Shown: positions 48,063 to 58,589 of the stretch, in pieces
Numbering within the stretch: position 1 is the stretch's first letter
How the letters are laid out: each line of letters opens with the position of its first letter
IMG/VR virus record: IMGVR_UViG_3300029705_000009
Reading direction: 5' to 3' (one strand)
Source: a virus
Taxonomy: Duplodnaviria; Caudoviricetes
Length of the DNA stretch: 64,000 nucleotides
Translations under genes and position numbers: made by a program
Notes under the pieces: model-generated
What the model was told of the DNA's origin: nothing
Seen by the model: the letters and a program-made list of their open reading frames with translations, nothing else
Databases searched by the model: none

Positions 48063-49439
48063 ATGGCCAAAGTGAGTATGCAATATCAAGATATGATTGC
48101 TAAATTATATCCCGAATTAGCTAGACAGGACAATCCGGAATTGGGTAACAATGACAAGACGCTGAGCAGAACAATTACATTTCAAGTGACTGATGATTGC
48201 AATCTTGCTTGTAAATATTGTTACCAAATTAATAAAGGAAAACGAAGAATGTCTTTGGATACGGCAAAGAAATATATAGACTTATTATTAACTGGAGAAA
48301 AAGGGATGAAGGAATATCTCCATCCTGAAAACTCTCCTGCTTTGATTATAGAATTCATTGGAGGAGAACCATTTCTAGAGATTGAATTAATAGATCAAAT
48401 TTGTGATTATATGTTTGACAAAATGATAGAAATGGATCACAAATGGTTAACCATGCATACCTTTAGTATTTGTTCCAATGGTATTTTATATTTTGATCCT
48501 AGAGTACAAAGATTTTTAAATAAGCACAAAAATCATTTATCATTCTCTGTAACAATTGATGGAAATAAAGAGTTGCACGATTCTTGCAGAGTGTTTCCTA
48601 ACGGAAGTCCATCATATGATTTAGCAGTCGCTGCAGCAAAAGATTGGATGAATCAAGGCAATTATATGGGAAGTAAAATTACCATTGCGCCGGGTAATGT
48701 TGATTATTTATATGACGCAATAATACATATGATAGACATGGGATATGATGAGATAAATGCCAACACTGTTTATGAAAAGGGATGGGATTTAGACTTAGCA
48801 AAGAAATTTTATAAGCAACTAATTAAGATTTCAGATTATCTGATCGAACATGATTTGTATGATAAATTATTTCTGTCTTTGTTCAGTGAGGACTTCTTCA
48901 AACCAAAATTAGAATCTGAAAATGAAAATTGGTGTGGAGGAACAGGTCTAATGTTATCATGCGATCCTGACGGATATCTATATCCTTGCATTAGATATAT
49001 GGAAAGTTCATTAGGTTGCCAAAGAGAACCTTATTGCATTGGTAATGTCGATGATGGAATAGGAATTACTGAAAGTGAGATTCAAAAAATAAAATGTTTG
49101 AACTGTATTACCAGACGTTCACAAAGTTCAGATAAATGTTTCTACTGCCCTATTGCTAGCGGTTGCTCTTGGTGTAGTGCTTACAATTATCAAGAGCTTG
49201 GAACCGCTGATGGTAGAGTTGATTATTCTTGTATAATGCATAAAGCAAGAGCACTAGCTAATGCATATTATTGGAGCAACATTTATAAAAAAAAGAATAA
49301 TAATAAGATTTATAAATTATATTTACCGGACAGTGAATCTCTGCAAATAGTCTCCCAAGAAGAGCTTGATACACTCAAAAATAATCCAAATATAGAATAC
49401 GTTAACGACTATGATACATATTTTATAGATAACGAGTAA
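48063..49439 (+). CDS. Radical SAM/SPASM peptide maturase (CXXX-repeat target type)
   Basis: CNLACKYC; FIGGEPFL; SPASM cysteines CGGTG...YPC...CFYCPIASGCSWC. Confidence 0.9.
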   Translation: MAKVSMQYQDMIAKLYPELARQDNPELGNNDKTLSRTITFQVTDDCNLACKYCYQINKGKRRMSLDTAKKYIDLLLTGEKGMKEYLHPENSPALIIEFIGGEPFLEIELIDQICDYMFDKMIEMDHKWLTMHTFSICSNGILYFDPRVQRFLNKHKNHLSFSVTIDGNKELHDSCRVFPNGSPSYDLAVAAAKDWMNQGNYMGSKITIAPGNVDYLYDAIIHMIDMGYDEINANTVYEKGWDLDLAKKFYKQLIKISDYLIEHDLYDKLFLSLFSEDFFKPKLESENENWCGGTGLMLSCDPDGYLYPCIRYMESSLGCQREPYCIGNVDDGIGITESEIQKIKCLNCITRRSQSSDKCFYCPIASGCSWCSAYNYQELGTADGRVDYSCIMHKARALANAYYWSNIYKKKNNNKIYKLYLPDSESLQIVSQEELDTLKNNPNIEYVNDYDTYFIDNE

Positions 49440-49446
49440 AAAAATT

Positions 49447-49481
49447 AGGCTCTCACTTATAAAACGGTGAGAGCCTTTTTT
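49447..49481. terminator. Terminator between convergent genes
   Basis: AGGCTCTCAC...GTGAGAGCCT-T5. Confidence 0.7.
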
Positions 49482-49487
49482 ACTTTT

Positions 49488-49703
49488 CTATTTGGTTTTC
49501 ATCTCTAACATTTTCTGCACATCTTCAATTGTAAGACCGCTATCTTTAATTGCTGCCCAAGCTTGTCTCATTTCCAAGTCGTCTTTTTCATCGTATAAAT
49601 TTTGTAATTGTGATTTTAATTCAGCGAGATGTTCTTCCGTTGAAGCAATTTCTAATTTAGTTTCTTCGATTCTTTCATAAACTGATTTTGATTTTCTTGC
49701 CAT
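49488..49703 (-). CDS. Small coiled-coil protein downstream of the integrase
   Basis: AAGGAG RBS; 71 aa. Confidence 0.7.
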   Translation of the reverse strand: MARKSKSVYERIEETKLEIASTEEHLAELKSQLQNLYDEKDDLEMRQAWAAIKDSGLTIEDVQKMLEMKTK

Positions 49704-49744
49704 AATGATTCTCCTTTATATTTAAATAGTTAATAGGTACAAAT

Positions 49745-51103
49745 TTATTCTGTATCAAATTTATCTTTTAATTTTAAATACATTTGATATAGTTCTTCGT
49801 CTGTACTGGATTCTTTTGGAGTCTCTTCTTTGTTGTTTAAATTAAGAACCAGATCACTAGCAGTTTTTATTTGTTTTAATGCTTCTACGTTTGTATGAGT
49901 GTATATATTTTCTGTTCTAATCGCAGTATGCCCGGCCATTAAAGCTGTGTTAACTACATTTGAACCAGGAGCAGTATTTGCTAATGTAATAGCTGTATGA
50001 CGTATTGCATGTACGCTTAATCCTTTTTGTGTTACTCTTCCATCTGGCAATACAGTTTGTCTTACATCTCTATCAACTCCAAGCTTATTACATAATTGTT
50101 TGAACTGAATTTCAAATGCATCCATGGATCTCATTTTGCCACTTTTAATATAAGATGGGAACACTAAATTCATAGGATTGTGTCTGCATTTCATTGCCGT
50201 TTGTTTAATCATGTATTCAACAATTTCTCTGGCAAGAGGTGTCATATAAATTATTCTCTGTTTTTCATTCTTAGGAATTTTTATATATTTTTCTAACCCT
50301 TTCGTTTTGTCATTGTCTATGAATCGTTCGCTAACAGCACTTCTAATAATGATAATATTTTTCTCAAAATCAATATCATCAATTGTTAATGGCAATAATT
50401 CTTGACCCCTCATCATCGTTTCTAAAATAAGAACTACGGCAGCACTATATTCAGAAACATTATTTTTGTATGATTCATAGAACTTGGCTATGTCCTCGTA
50501 TGTAAAAATTTCTTTTCTAATTTCTGTTTCTTCTTGTCTGAAAAATTCATCTTTCTTTTCTTTTTTAGTTCTAGCAAATGCAGCGTAATCTTCTGCTAAA
50601 AGCGACTTTCCATATAAATAAGTGCTAAGTCTTTTACAAAGTTGAATAGGAAGCGATGCTGTTTTTCTACTCTTTTCATGTATCAATGTGTCAAAAAACA
50701 ATTCGAATTCAACGGTGTTGATATTACTCAATTGCAATTTACTAATTTTATAATTGTAGAAATTAGCATTCATGGTATAAATATAGCTTTTATACGATGA
50801 TCCAGTAAGTCCGGGCTTTACCTCCTTATCAATAAATTCTTCCATGTACGAGCCAAATGTTTTTGTTTTGTCTATTTTTATCATAGCATTTGCTTCGAAC
50901 ATTTTTTCCCATGCGAGTAGGGCTTGTTTACATTTTTTTATTGCTTCTTTTTCTGTTTTACCTTTTCGTTTAATACGTTTAGGTTTTGCCGAGCTTGATT
51001 CTGGGTTTATGTATTTACTTTGTATTATACACTCCCAACTACCGTCTTCTAATTGCCTGGTACTACCCTCTCCATTTGCATTTTTTGTTGGTTTACTTGC
51101 CAT
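49745..51103 (-). CDS. int: Tyrosine recombinase (prophage integrase)
   Basis: N-terminal NGEGS.RQ arm-binding start; catalytic R (MMRGQE), K (KIPK), HAIRH, GH, Y (ENIY). Confidence 0.92.
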   Translation of the reverse strand: MASKPTKNANGEGSTRQLEDGSWECIIQSKYINPESSSAKPKRIKRKGKTEKEAIKKCKQALLAWEKMFEANAMIKIDKTKTFGSYMEEFIDKEVKPGLTGSSYKSYIYTMNANFYNYKISKLQLSNINTVEFELFFDTLIHEKSRKTASLPIQLCKRLSTYLYGKSLLAEDYAAFARTKKEKKDEFFRQEETEIRKEIFTYEDIAKFYESYKNNVSEYSAAVVLILETMMRGQELLPLTIDDIDFEKNIIIIRSAVSERFIDNDKTKGLEKYIKIPKNEKQRIIYMTPLAREIVEYMIKQTAMKCRHNPMNLVFPSYIKSGKMRSMDAFEIQFKQLCNKLGVDRDVRQTVLPDGRVTQKGLSVHAIRHTAITLANTAPGSNVVNTALMAGHTAIRTENIYTHTNVEALKQIKTASDLVLNLNNKEETPKESSTDEELYQMYLKLKDKFDTE

Positions 51104-51117
51104 TAAATCATCCTTTC

Positions 51118-51295
51118 AAAAAGTGATATTTGAGTGATAATCAAAAGTGATATATATACATTATAAAACATAACAAAAGGTCATTCAATTAGCAAAAATT
51201 ACTAAATTTGAATGACCTTTCATGGCTTTTTAACACTTTTTATTGTTGAACATTAACAAAGATTTTTATATTACTTGTAATTAACAATCTTGCCG
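51118..51295. other. Prophage attachment junction (att) at the tpiA 3' end, with putative arm-type repeats
   Basis: AGTGATA three times (51122, 51133, 51146); inverted repeat AAAGGTCATTCAA51176-51188/TTGAATGACCTTT51208-51220; composition switch at ~51290. Confidence 0.65.
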
Positions 51296-52020
51296 AAGTC
51301 GGGCTTCAGGGAAGCGCCGCCTACCAGACCACCGTCGATGTCAGCCTGTGCGAACAGTTCGGGAGCGCTGGAAGCAGATACGGAACCGCCGTACTGGATG
51401 CGGATTGCAGCTGCAGTAGCGTCATCGTAGATTTCAGCGATGCAGTCACGGATTGCCTTACATACTTCCTGAGCCTGCTCAGTAGTTGCAACCTTACCGG
51501 TACCGATAGCCCAGATAGGCTCGTAAGCGATAACAGTCTTTGCAGCCTGCTCAGCGGTAACGTTCAGGAAAGCGATCTTGATCTGCTGACGGATGAAGTC
51601 AATGGTAACGCCCTGCTCTCTCTGAGTCAGAGTCTCACCACAGCAGATGATGGGAGTAAGGTCATGCTCGATAGCCTTGAGAACCTTCTTGTTAACGGTC
51701 TCGTCGGTCTCAGCAAAGTACTCTCTTCTCTCGGAATGGCCGATGATAACATACTTAACGCCGGCATCTACCAGCATAGCGGGAGAAATCTCGCCGGTGA
51801 AAGCACCCTTCTCCTCGAAGTACATGTTCTCAGCACCGATGTTGATGTTGCTGCCCTTAGCAGCTTCCATAGCGGGGATGATGTCGATAGCGGGTACGCA
51901 GAATACTACGTCAACTTCATCATTTACTACAAGGGGCTTTAAAGTATTTACTAATGCTACTGCCTCACTGGGAGTCATGTTCATCTTCCAGTTACCGGCA
52001 ATGATTTTCTTTCTTGCCAT
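51271..52020 (-). CDS. tpiA: Triosephosphate isomerase
   Basis: [33 protein letters not shown]. Confidence 0.99.
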   Translation of the reverse strand: MARKKIIAGNWKMNMTPSEAVALVNTLKPLVVNDEVDVVFCVPAIDIIPAMEAAKGSNINIGAENMYFEEKGAFTGEISPAMLVDAGVKYVIIGHSERREYFAETDETVNKKVLKAIEHDLTPIICCGETLTQREQGVTIDFIRQQIKIAFLNVTAEQAAKTVIAYEPIWAIGTGKVATTEQAQEVCKAIRDCIAEIYDDATAAAIRIQYGGSVSASSAPELFAQADIDGGLVGGASLKPDFGKIVNYK

Positions 52021-52046
52021 GATTTTATCCTCTTTCTTAATTTGTC

Positions 52047-53270
52047 TTATTTGTCGTCTGCTGCTGCAACGCCGGGAAGCTCCTTACCCTCAAGGAACTC
52101 AAGGGAAGCGCCGCCGCCGGTGGAGATGTGGCTCATCTTGTCGCCGAAACCAAGCTGGTTAACAGCTGCTGCGGAGTCGCCGCCGCCGATGATGGTGGTT
52201 GCTTCGGTCTCAGCCAGAGCCTTAGCTACTGCGATGGTACCTGCTGCAAGAGTAGGATTCTCGAATACGCCCATAGGTCCGTTCCAAACAACGGTCTTAG
52301 CGCTCTTAACAGTCTCAGCATAGAGAGCTGCAGTCTTAGGTCCGATATCACAGCCCATTCTGTCTGCAGGCATGTTCACGGAATCAGCAACAACAACCTC
52401 AACCTCAGCGTCGATAGGGTTAGGGAAAGAAGCGATGGTCGCAGAGTCAACAGGAAGCAGAAGCTTCTTGCCAAGCTTCTCAGCCTTATCCATCATTTCC
52501 TTACAGTAATCAATCTTGGTCTCATCAACTAGGGAAGTACCGATCTCGTAGCCCTGTGCCTTTAAGAAGGTGTAGGACATACCACCGCCGATGATCAGGG
52601 TGTCGCACTTCTCCAGCAGATTGTCGATAACTGCCAGCTTGTCAACAACCTTAGCACCGCCAAGGATTGCAACGAAAGGTCTAACAGGATTCTCAACTGC
52701 ATTGCCCAAGAAATCGATTTCCTTCTGCATTAAGTAGCCAACAACGTTCTCGCCGCCCTTCTCGGTGATGAACTTGGTAACACCTGCAACAGATGCATGT
52801 GCTCTGTGGGAAGAACCGAAAGCGTCGCAAACATACAGATCAGCCAGATCAGCCAGCTCTTTGGAGAACTCTTCGCCGTTCTTGGTCTCTTCTTTGCCGC
52901 GGAAACGGGTATTCTGAAGCAGAACAACATCGCCTTCCTGCATAGCAGCTACTGCTGCGGTTGCAGCTTCGCCGGTTACGTTGTAATCAGCTACGAATAC
53001 AACTTCTTTGCCCAGCTTCTCGGACAGTCTCTTAGCAACAGGTGCTAAAGATTCCTTCTCGTTGGGACCTTCTTTTACTTTGCCAAGGTGGGAGCAAAGG
53101 ATAACCTTGCCGCCATCGTTTAACAGCTTCTGGATTGTAGGCAGAGCTGCTACAATACGAGTCTCGTCAGTGATAACGCCATCCTTAAGAGGAACGTTGA
53201 AGTCACATCTTACAAGGACTCTTTTGCCTTTTGCGTTGATATCATCAACAGATTTCTTATTTAAGCCCAT
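52047..53270 (-). CDS. pgk: Phosphoglycerate kinase
   Basis: [30 protein letters not shown]. Confidence 0.99.
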   Translation of the reverse strand: MGLNKKSVDDINAKGKRVLVRCDFNVPLKDGVITDETRIVAALPTIQKLLNDGGKVILCSHLGKVKEGPNEKESLAPVAKRLSEKLGKEVVFVADYNVTGEAATAAVAAMQEGDVVLLQNTRFRGKEETKNGEEFSKELADLADLYVCDAFGSSHRAHASVAGVTKFITEKGGENVVGYLMQKEIDFLGNAVENPVRPFVAILGGAKVVDKLAVIDNLLEKCDTLIIGGGMSYTFLKAQGYEIGTSLVDETKIDYCKEMMDKAEKLGKKLLLPVDSATIASFPNPIDAEVEVVVADSVNMPADRMGCDIGPKTAALYAETVKSAKTVVWNGPMGVFENPTLAAGTIAVAKALAETEATTIIGGGDSAAAVNQLGFGDKMSHISTGGGASLEFLEGKELPGVAAADDK

Positions 53271-53323
53271 TTCAAAAACCTCCGTTTTTATGCTTTGTTA
53301 TTTTAATCACTTTCGTGATTAAG

Positions 53324-53353
53324 AAAAAGGGTCCGGCCCAAAAGCCGGACCCC
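53324..53353 (-). terminator. Hairpin downstream of gap
   Basis: GGGTCCGGC...GCCGGACCC with T-tract on the minus strand. Confidence 0.7.
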
Positions 53354-53370
53354 AATAGGTCTTGTAATGA

Positions 53371-54384
53371 TTAGTTCAGCTCAGCCAGGTACTTGATAGT
53401 ACGAACCATCTGAGAGGTGTAGCTGTTCTCGTTGTCATACCAAGAAACAACCTGAACCTGGGTGTTGCCATCTTCCATAGGAGCAACCATGGTCTGAGTT
53501 GCATCGAAGATAGAACCGTAGGTGCTGCCGATGATATCGGAAGATACGATCTCGTCGGTGTTGTAAGCGAAGGACTCAGTAGCTGCTGCCTTCATAGCTG
53601 CATTGATCTCATCCTTGGTTACAGCGCCCTTAACAACTGCTACCAGAATAGTGGTAGAACCGGTGGGGGTAGGAACACGCTGTGCGGAACCGATCAGCTT
53701 GCCGTTCAGCTCAGGGATAACCAGGCCGATTGCCTTAGCTGCGCCGGTGGAGTTGGGAACGATGTTCTGTGCGCCTGCACGAGCACGTCTCTTGTCACCC
53801 TTTCTCTGAGGACCGTCAAGAATCATCTGGTCGCCGGTGTAAGCGTGAACAGTGGTCATGATACCGCTCATGATAGGTCTGCAATCGTTCAGAGCCTTAG
53901 CCATAGGAGCTAAGCAGTTGGTGGTACAAGAAGCTGCGGAGATAACCTTATCTTCGGGAGTCAGGGTCTTGTGGTTTACGTTGTAAACGATGGTAGGCAG
54001 ATCGTTACCTGCGGGAGCAGAGATAACAACCTTCTTTGCGCCTGCTTCGATGTGAGCAGATGCTTTTGCCTTAGAGGTGTAGAAACCGGTACACTCCAGA
54101 ACTACGTCTACGTCTAACTCGCCCCAAGGAAGCTCAGCTGCGTTAGCCTTAGCATAGATGGTGATCTGCTTGCCGTTAACAGTGATGGAATCCTCACCTG
54201 CTTCTACGGTATCAGCATATTTGTACTTACCCTGTGCTGTATCATACTTTAATAAGTGAGCAAGCATCTCAGGACTTGTTAAGTCGTTGATTGCTACTAC
54301 TTCATAACCTTCTGCATCGAACATCTGTCTGAATGCAAGACGACCAATACGGCCAAAACCATTAATCGCTACTCTTACTGCCAT
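53371..54384 (-). CDS. gap: Glyceraldehyde-3-phosphate dehydrogenase
   Basis: [24 protein letters not shown]. Confidence 0.99.
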   Translation of the reverse strand: MAVRVAINGFGRIGRLAFRQMFDAEGYEVVAINDLTSPEMLAHLLKYDTAQGKYKYADTVEAGEDSITVNGKQITIYAKANAAELPWGELDVDVVLECTGFYTSKAKASAHIEAGAKKVVISAPAGNDLPTIVYNVNHKTLTPEDKVISAASCTTNCLAPMAKALNDCRPIMSGIMTTVHAYTGDQMILDGPQRKGDKRRARAGAQNIVPNSTGAAKAIGLVIPELNGKLIGSAQRVPTPTGSTTILVAVVKGAVTKDEINAAMKAAATESFAYNTDEIVSSDIIGSTYGSIFDATQTMVAPMEDGNTQVQVVSWYDNENSYTSQMVRTIKYLAELN

Positions 54385-54548
54385 TTTAGTTTCCTCCTAA
54401 AATAAATGAAATATATTTGTTTTGAGCTTGTCTGGCAAGCACACAAAGCGCGCTGCCAAATCGTCAAAATTTTGTCAGCACACCTATTTTACCTAATTCC
54501 TCAGGATAATTCAAGATGTAAATGAAAAATAATTAAATTTTTTAGCAA

Positions 54549-56147
54549 CTATAACAAGGGCGCAAACAGCCTTAACAGCTTTTGGGTACCGCGAAGCACC
54601 ACCGAACGGGCGCTTCTGTAATATTCCGTAACCTCACTGCACTTTTCTAAAGTATCCTCAAAATCCCGGGCAATATCCGCCACCGCGCTGCATTTGTACA
54701 AAAAGACCCCGTTCTCAAAATGATGGTAGAGACTCCGGTAATCAAAATTGATGGTGCCTACTGACGCACAGGAATCATCACACAGCACCTGCTTCTCATG
54801 AAGAAAGCCCGGGGTATACTCATACACCCGTACCCCCTGGCGCACCAGTCCCGTATAGTAGGATCTGGTCACCTTGTAAATGGTCTTTTTGTCAGGAATT
54901 CCCGGTGTGAGCACCCGCACATCCACGCCTCTCTTGGCCGCCAGCCCCAGTTCACGGTTCATCTCGTCGCTGATGATCAGGTAGGGAGTAGCCACATAAA
55001 GCCTGTGTTTGGCATGTTTGATCATATTCAGGTACACATTTTCGCCCACAGGCTCACTGTCCATAGGACTGTCGGCGTAGGGCTGCACAAAGCCCAAATC
55101 AGCTCCGTCTGCAGACACTTTCTTTTCCCGGCTGTCGCCGATTTCCAGATACTTCTGATAATCTGCATCCGTATTTTTCATGGCATTCCACATTTCCAGG
55201 AACATGACTGTCAGGCTTTTCACCGCCTCTCCGGTCAGTTTTACACCGGTATCCTTCCAGTGCCCATAAGGATTTGTAATATTAAAATACTCATCTGCCA
55301 GATTATAGCCTCCGGTAAATCCCACTTTGCCGTCAATCACCGTAATCTTCCTATGGTCCCGGTTGTTCATGAACAGATTCACCACCGGGAACACCGGATT
55401 GAATACTCTGCACTGCACCCCCACTGCTTCCATTCGCTTGATAAAACTGTGATCTATGAAGACGCCGCTTCCCACATCATCGTAAAAAAGTCTGACTTCC
55501 ACTCCCTCTGCCGCCTTTTTCGCCAAAAGAGCTTTCAAATGTCCAAAAGCCTTGGCCTCCTCTATGGCATGGTATTCCATAAAAATAAACCGTTCTGCCT
55601 GTTCAATGGCGGAAAGCTGGGCTTCAAAGCCCTTGGCCGCATCCGGGTAAAATTCCACCGCCGTATGATCAAACACAGGATAACCGCCGTAATTATTTAT
55701 GTACCTGCACTGATTGGCGATACCGTAATCTTCCGCCTCCAGACGTTTCATGACCTCTTCCTTTTGCGGGTTCAGGGCAAAAAGTTCCCGATCCAGCCGC
55801 CTGAACTGAGTCTGCATTTTCTTGCCCATCAGTCCTACATGCCCAAACAAGCCGTACAGACATAAGCCCAGCATCGGGAACACCATGAGCACAATGAGCC
55901 AGGGCATCTTAAATGCAGCATTAGTATACCTGCCGTAAATATGCAGTGCCAGTGCAAATGCCGCAATATTAGTGGTCAGAGATATCCATGCAGAATAGGC
56001 ATTCAGCCGAAATGCCATCAAAAGCAGCCAGCTGATCTGAAACAGGATGCACAATCCTGCGAAGGCCAGCCGGCCCACACTGTTTTTTACTGTCGCTTTT
56101 TCTTCAGCACTCATGTTATCAAACATTTTATCAAAACCTTCTCTCAT
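54549..56147 (-). CDS. cls: Cardiolipin synthase
   Basis: N-terminal TMs; two HKD motifs (HRKITVID, HEKQVLCD). Confidence 0.93.
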   Translation of the reverse strand: MREGFDKMFDNMSAEEKATVKNSVGRLAFAGLCILFQISWLLLMAFRLNAYSAWISLTTNIAAFALALHIYGRYTNAAFKMPWLIVLMVFPMLGLCLYGLFGHVGLMGKKMQTQFRRLDRELFALNPQKEEVMKRLEAEDYGIANQCRYINNYGGYPVFDHTAVEFYPDAAKGFEAQLSAIEQAERFIFMEYHAIEEAKAFGHLKALLAKKAAEGVEVRLFYDDVGSGVFIDHSFIKRMEAVGVQCRVFNPVFPVVNLFMNNRDHRKITVIDGKVGFTGGYNLADEYFNITNPYGHWKDTGVKLTGEAVKSLTVMFLEMWNAMKNTDADYQKYLEIGDSREKKVSADGADLGFVQPYADSPMDSEPVGENVYLNMIKHAKHRLYVATPYLIISDEMNRELGLAAKRGVDVRVLTPGIPDKKTIYKVTRSYYTGLVRQGVRVYEYTPGFLHEKQVLCDDSCASVGTINFDYRSLYHHFENGVFLYKCSAVADIARDFEDTLEKCSEVTEYYRSARSVVLRGTQKLLRLFAPLL

Positions 56148-56173
56148 TTGTAAAACCCGGAGTTCCTGCTGTT

Positions 56174-56725
56174 TTAAGCCTCACAGAGCACGATCACCCG
56201 GCGGGGTGTTGTCTGGGCAGGCATGCTTCTGGTAGAGGTAGTGTATATCACCACCAGATTGTGATTGGCTGGATTCCCCTGGAAAAACTGATTGTTGGTA
56301 GTACGCAGTTCCACCGAAGCATCCAGATTCAGCTGCAGCGTCTGCTCCTCATTCAGCAGCATATTGTTGTAAAAGCTTACGTCCACCATCCTGCCGCCCA
56401 GATCCTCAGCCACTACCGAGGCATTGTACTGGGGCGGATAAATAAGCGGCACCGGGGCATCTGTCCTGTACCAGAAAATGCAGGTCATTCCCACGCGCAA
56501 TGTGGTAAAATCCACCACGAAAGTAGTCGGACTGACGGTAAAATTCACTGTATTACCATCCATATCCTCCACAGTAACAAAAATCAAGCAGCCGTCCGTT
56601 CTGCGATTGCCGATTCTGGCAGGCACCATATCCACAATAGTACCTTTTACGGAAGCGTACGTGCTCCGACGGATCGGCGGCCTTCTGTTTCTATTATTGA
56701 AGTCCATATTTTCTCCCTGCTGCAT
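56174..56725 (-). CDS. Conserved hypothetical protein
   Basis: PLIYPPQY and STRSMPAQT repeated-domain motifs. Confidence 0.7.
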   Translation of the reverse strand: MQQGENMDFNNRNRRPPIRRSTYASVKGTIVDMVPARIGNRRTDGCLIFVTVEDMDGNTVNFTVSPTTFVVDFTTLRVGMTCIFWYRTDAPVPLIYPPQYNASVVAEDLGGRMVDVSFYNNMLLNEEQTLQLNLDASVELRTTNNQFFQGNPANHNLVVIYTTSTRSMPAQTTPRRVIVLCEA

Positions 56726-56768
56726 CCAATTTCAAATTGGAAATAGTTAGGATAATATATGCAGCCAA

Positions 56769-57857
56769 CTATAAAATAGTGCCGCCGCCCATCACATACT
56801 CACCGTCGTAAAACACAACCGCTTGTCCCGGTGTGGCTGCACGTACCGATGTTTCAAACCGGCACAGCACTTTGCCGTCAGGCCGTTTTTCCAGCATACA
56901 ATAATCGCCTTTATGATTGTACCGGATCTTGGCCAGGGCACGCACAGGCTCCTTCAGATCCTCTATTGCCATGAAATTCACTCTGTCACAAAGCACCTCT
57001 GTGGTAAAAAGCTCCCGGTTCTCGCCGATGACCACTTCATTGGTCTCAGGTCGGATGTCCGTAACGAACACTCTCCTGCCCATGGGCAGGTCCAAGCCCC
57101 GGCGCTGTCCGATAGTATAGTGGGTGATTCCCTTGTGCTGCCCCAGAATTTTGCCTTCTGCAGTCACAAAATTCCCGGGACCGGGTACCCGCTCTCCTGC
57201 CGTCTTCTCAATAAATGCCGCATAATCATCGTCCGGCACAAAACAGATTTCCTGACTGTCCGGCTTGTGCGCTACGGGAAGCCCTGCTTCCAGGGCCAGG
57301 GCACGGATCTCCTCCTTGGTGTATGCCCCCACCGGCATCAGGGTACGTGCCAGCTGTTCCTGGGTCAGATTGTACAGGGCGTACGTCTGATCCTTGGCTG
57401 CCGTAACCGAATTCCTCACCGCATACCGGCCATTCGGCAATCTATCCACCCTGGCATAATGGCCGGTGGCAATATAATCAGCGCCGATCTCCAGACTTCT
57501 CTCCAGCAGTGCTTCCCATTTCACATAACGGTTGCAGGCAATGCAGGGATTGGGCGTATGGCCCTGCAGATATTCCTCCACAAAATAATCCATTACATTG
57601 CGCTTAAATTCCTGCCTGAAATTCATTACATAATAAGGGATATCCAGTTTTTCCGCCACTCTTGCAGCATCCTCCACCGCAGACAGTCCACAGCAGCCGC
57701 CGTTTTCCGAAAGTATCTCCGAATCCTCCTCCTGCCAGATCTGCATGGTGACACCGATCACATCATAGCCTTGTTCTTTTAACAGATAAGCCGCCACGGA
57801 GGAATCCACTCCTCCGGACATGCCCACCACAACTTTTTTCTTCATCATCTCTTCCAT
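56769..57857 (-). CDS. mnmA: tRNA 2-thiouridylase
   Basis: SGGVDSS, PNPCIACN, ATGHYA, KDQTY, DSQEICF, PGQAVVFY. Confidence 0.98.
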   Translation of the reverse strand: MEEMMKKKVVVGMSGGVDSSVAAYLLKEQGYDVIGVTMQIWQEEDSEILSENGGCCGLSAVEDAARVAEKLDIPYYVMNFRQEFKRNVMDYFVEEYLQGHTPNPCIACNRYVKWEALLERSLEIGADYIATGHYARVDRLPNGRYAVRNSVTAAKDQTYALYNLTQEQLARTLMPVGAYTKEEIRALALEAGLPVAHKPDSQEICFVPDDDYAAFIEKTAGERVPGPGNFVTAEGKILGQHKGITHYTIGQRRGLDLPMGRRVFVTDIRPETNEVVIGENRELFTTEVLCDRVNFMAIEDLKEPVRALAKIRYNHKGDYCMLEKRPDGKVLCRFETSVRAATPGQAVVFYDGEYVMGGGTIL

Positions 57858-58037
57858 TTCCTTACCGATGCATGCGGAAGCTTACACCGTTTCACACTTC
57901 CTGCAATTCCAAACATACCCGGAATTACAAAATTCCTTACTTTTCAGTATATCACAAGGTCTTTTTTACAGCAATTCAGAACACCCACATTATAAAAATT
58001 TAATATTTTTCTCCTTTATTCACAAACAAGCGGAGGA

Positions 58038-58475
58038 TTAATACTCCTCCGCCTGCTCCTCTTCATGTATATCTGCCTTAGGCTTTTTCAGTCCTTCAAT
58101 AACCAGATTGTTTTTCTCCGCATAATCCCACAGCGCCGCATGGATGGCCTCCTCGGCTAACAGGGAGCAGTGGACTTTCACGGGAGGCAGACCGTCCAGA
58201 GCCTCTGTTACAGCCTTATTGGTCACCTGTAGGGCCTCCTGCACGGTCTTGCCCTTTACCAGTTCGGTTGCCATGGAGCTGGTAGCTACCGCCGCTCCGC
58301 AGCCGAAGGTCTTGAACCTTACCTCCCTGATCACACCGTTCTCATCTATATCCAAAAACATCCGCATGATATCTCCGCACTTGGCATTACCCACGGTACC
58401 TACACCGCTGGGATTTTCCAGTTCTCCCATATTTCTGGGATTTTGAAAATGATCCATCACTTTTGCACTATACAT
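58038..58475 (-). CDS. iscU: Fe-S scaffold protein IscU/NifU
   Basis: YS.KVMDHF.NPRN, CGD, GCG, KVHCS. Confidence 0.95.
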   Translation of the reverse strand: MYSAKVMDHFQNPRNMGELENPSGVGTVGNAKCGDIMRMFLDIDENGVIREVRFKTFGCGAAVATSSMATELVKGKTVQEALQVTNKAVTEALDGLPPVKVHCSLLAEEAIHAALWDYAEKNNLVIEGLKKPKADIHEEEQAEEY

Positions 58476-58589
58476 ACTATTTTCCTCTCTTCCTTTACCC
58501 TGTTTTCCCGGCACACATGATTTCCTGTCCTGCACAGATTTCCCTGCATCTTCGTGGGCTCTTCATCCTATTTTCATTGGTCCCTGTGC

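Larger units (their letters stand above)
1..51290. mobile_element. Integrated large temperate prophage, right part (tail, lysis, second tail module, integrase); left end outside window
   Basis: AT-rich, almost all + strand; tape-measure, baseplate, fibre, holin, endolysin and tyrosine integrase genes; abrupt switch to higher-GC housekeeping genes at the tpiA 3' end. Confidence 0.95.

Noticed and set aside
36892-51103. Module B as an independent satellite or second prophage using the integrase
   Set aside because: No replication, packaging or regulatory genes; TMP-B lacks its N-terminus and RBS; composition is continuous with the upstream phage
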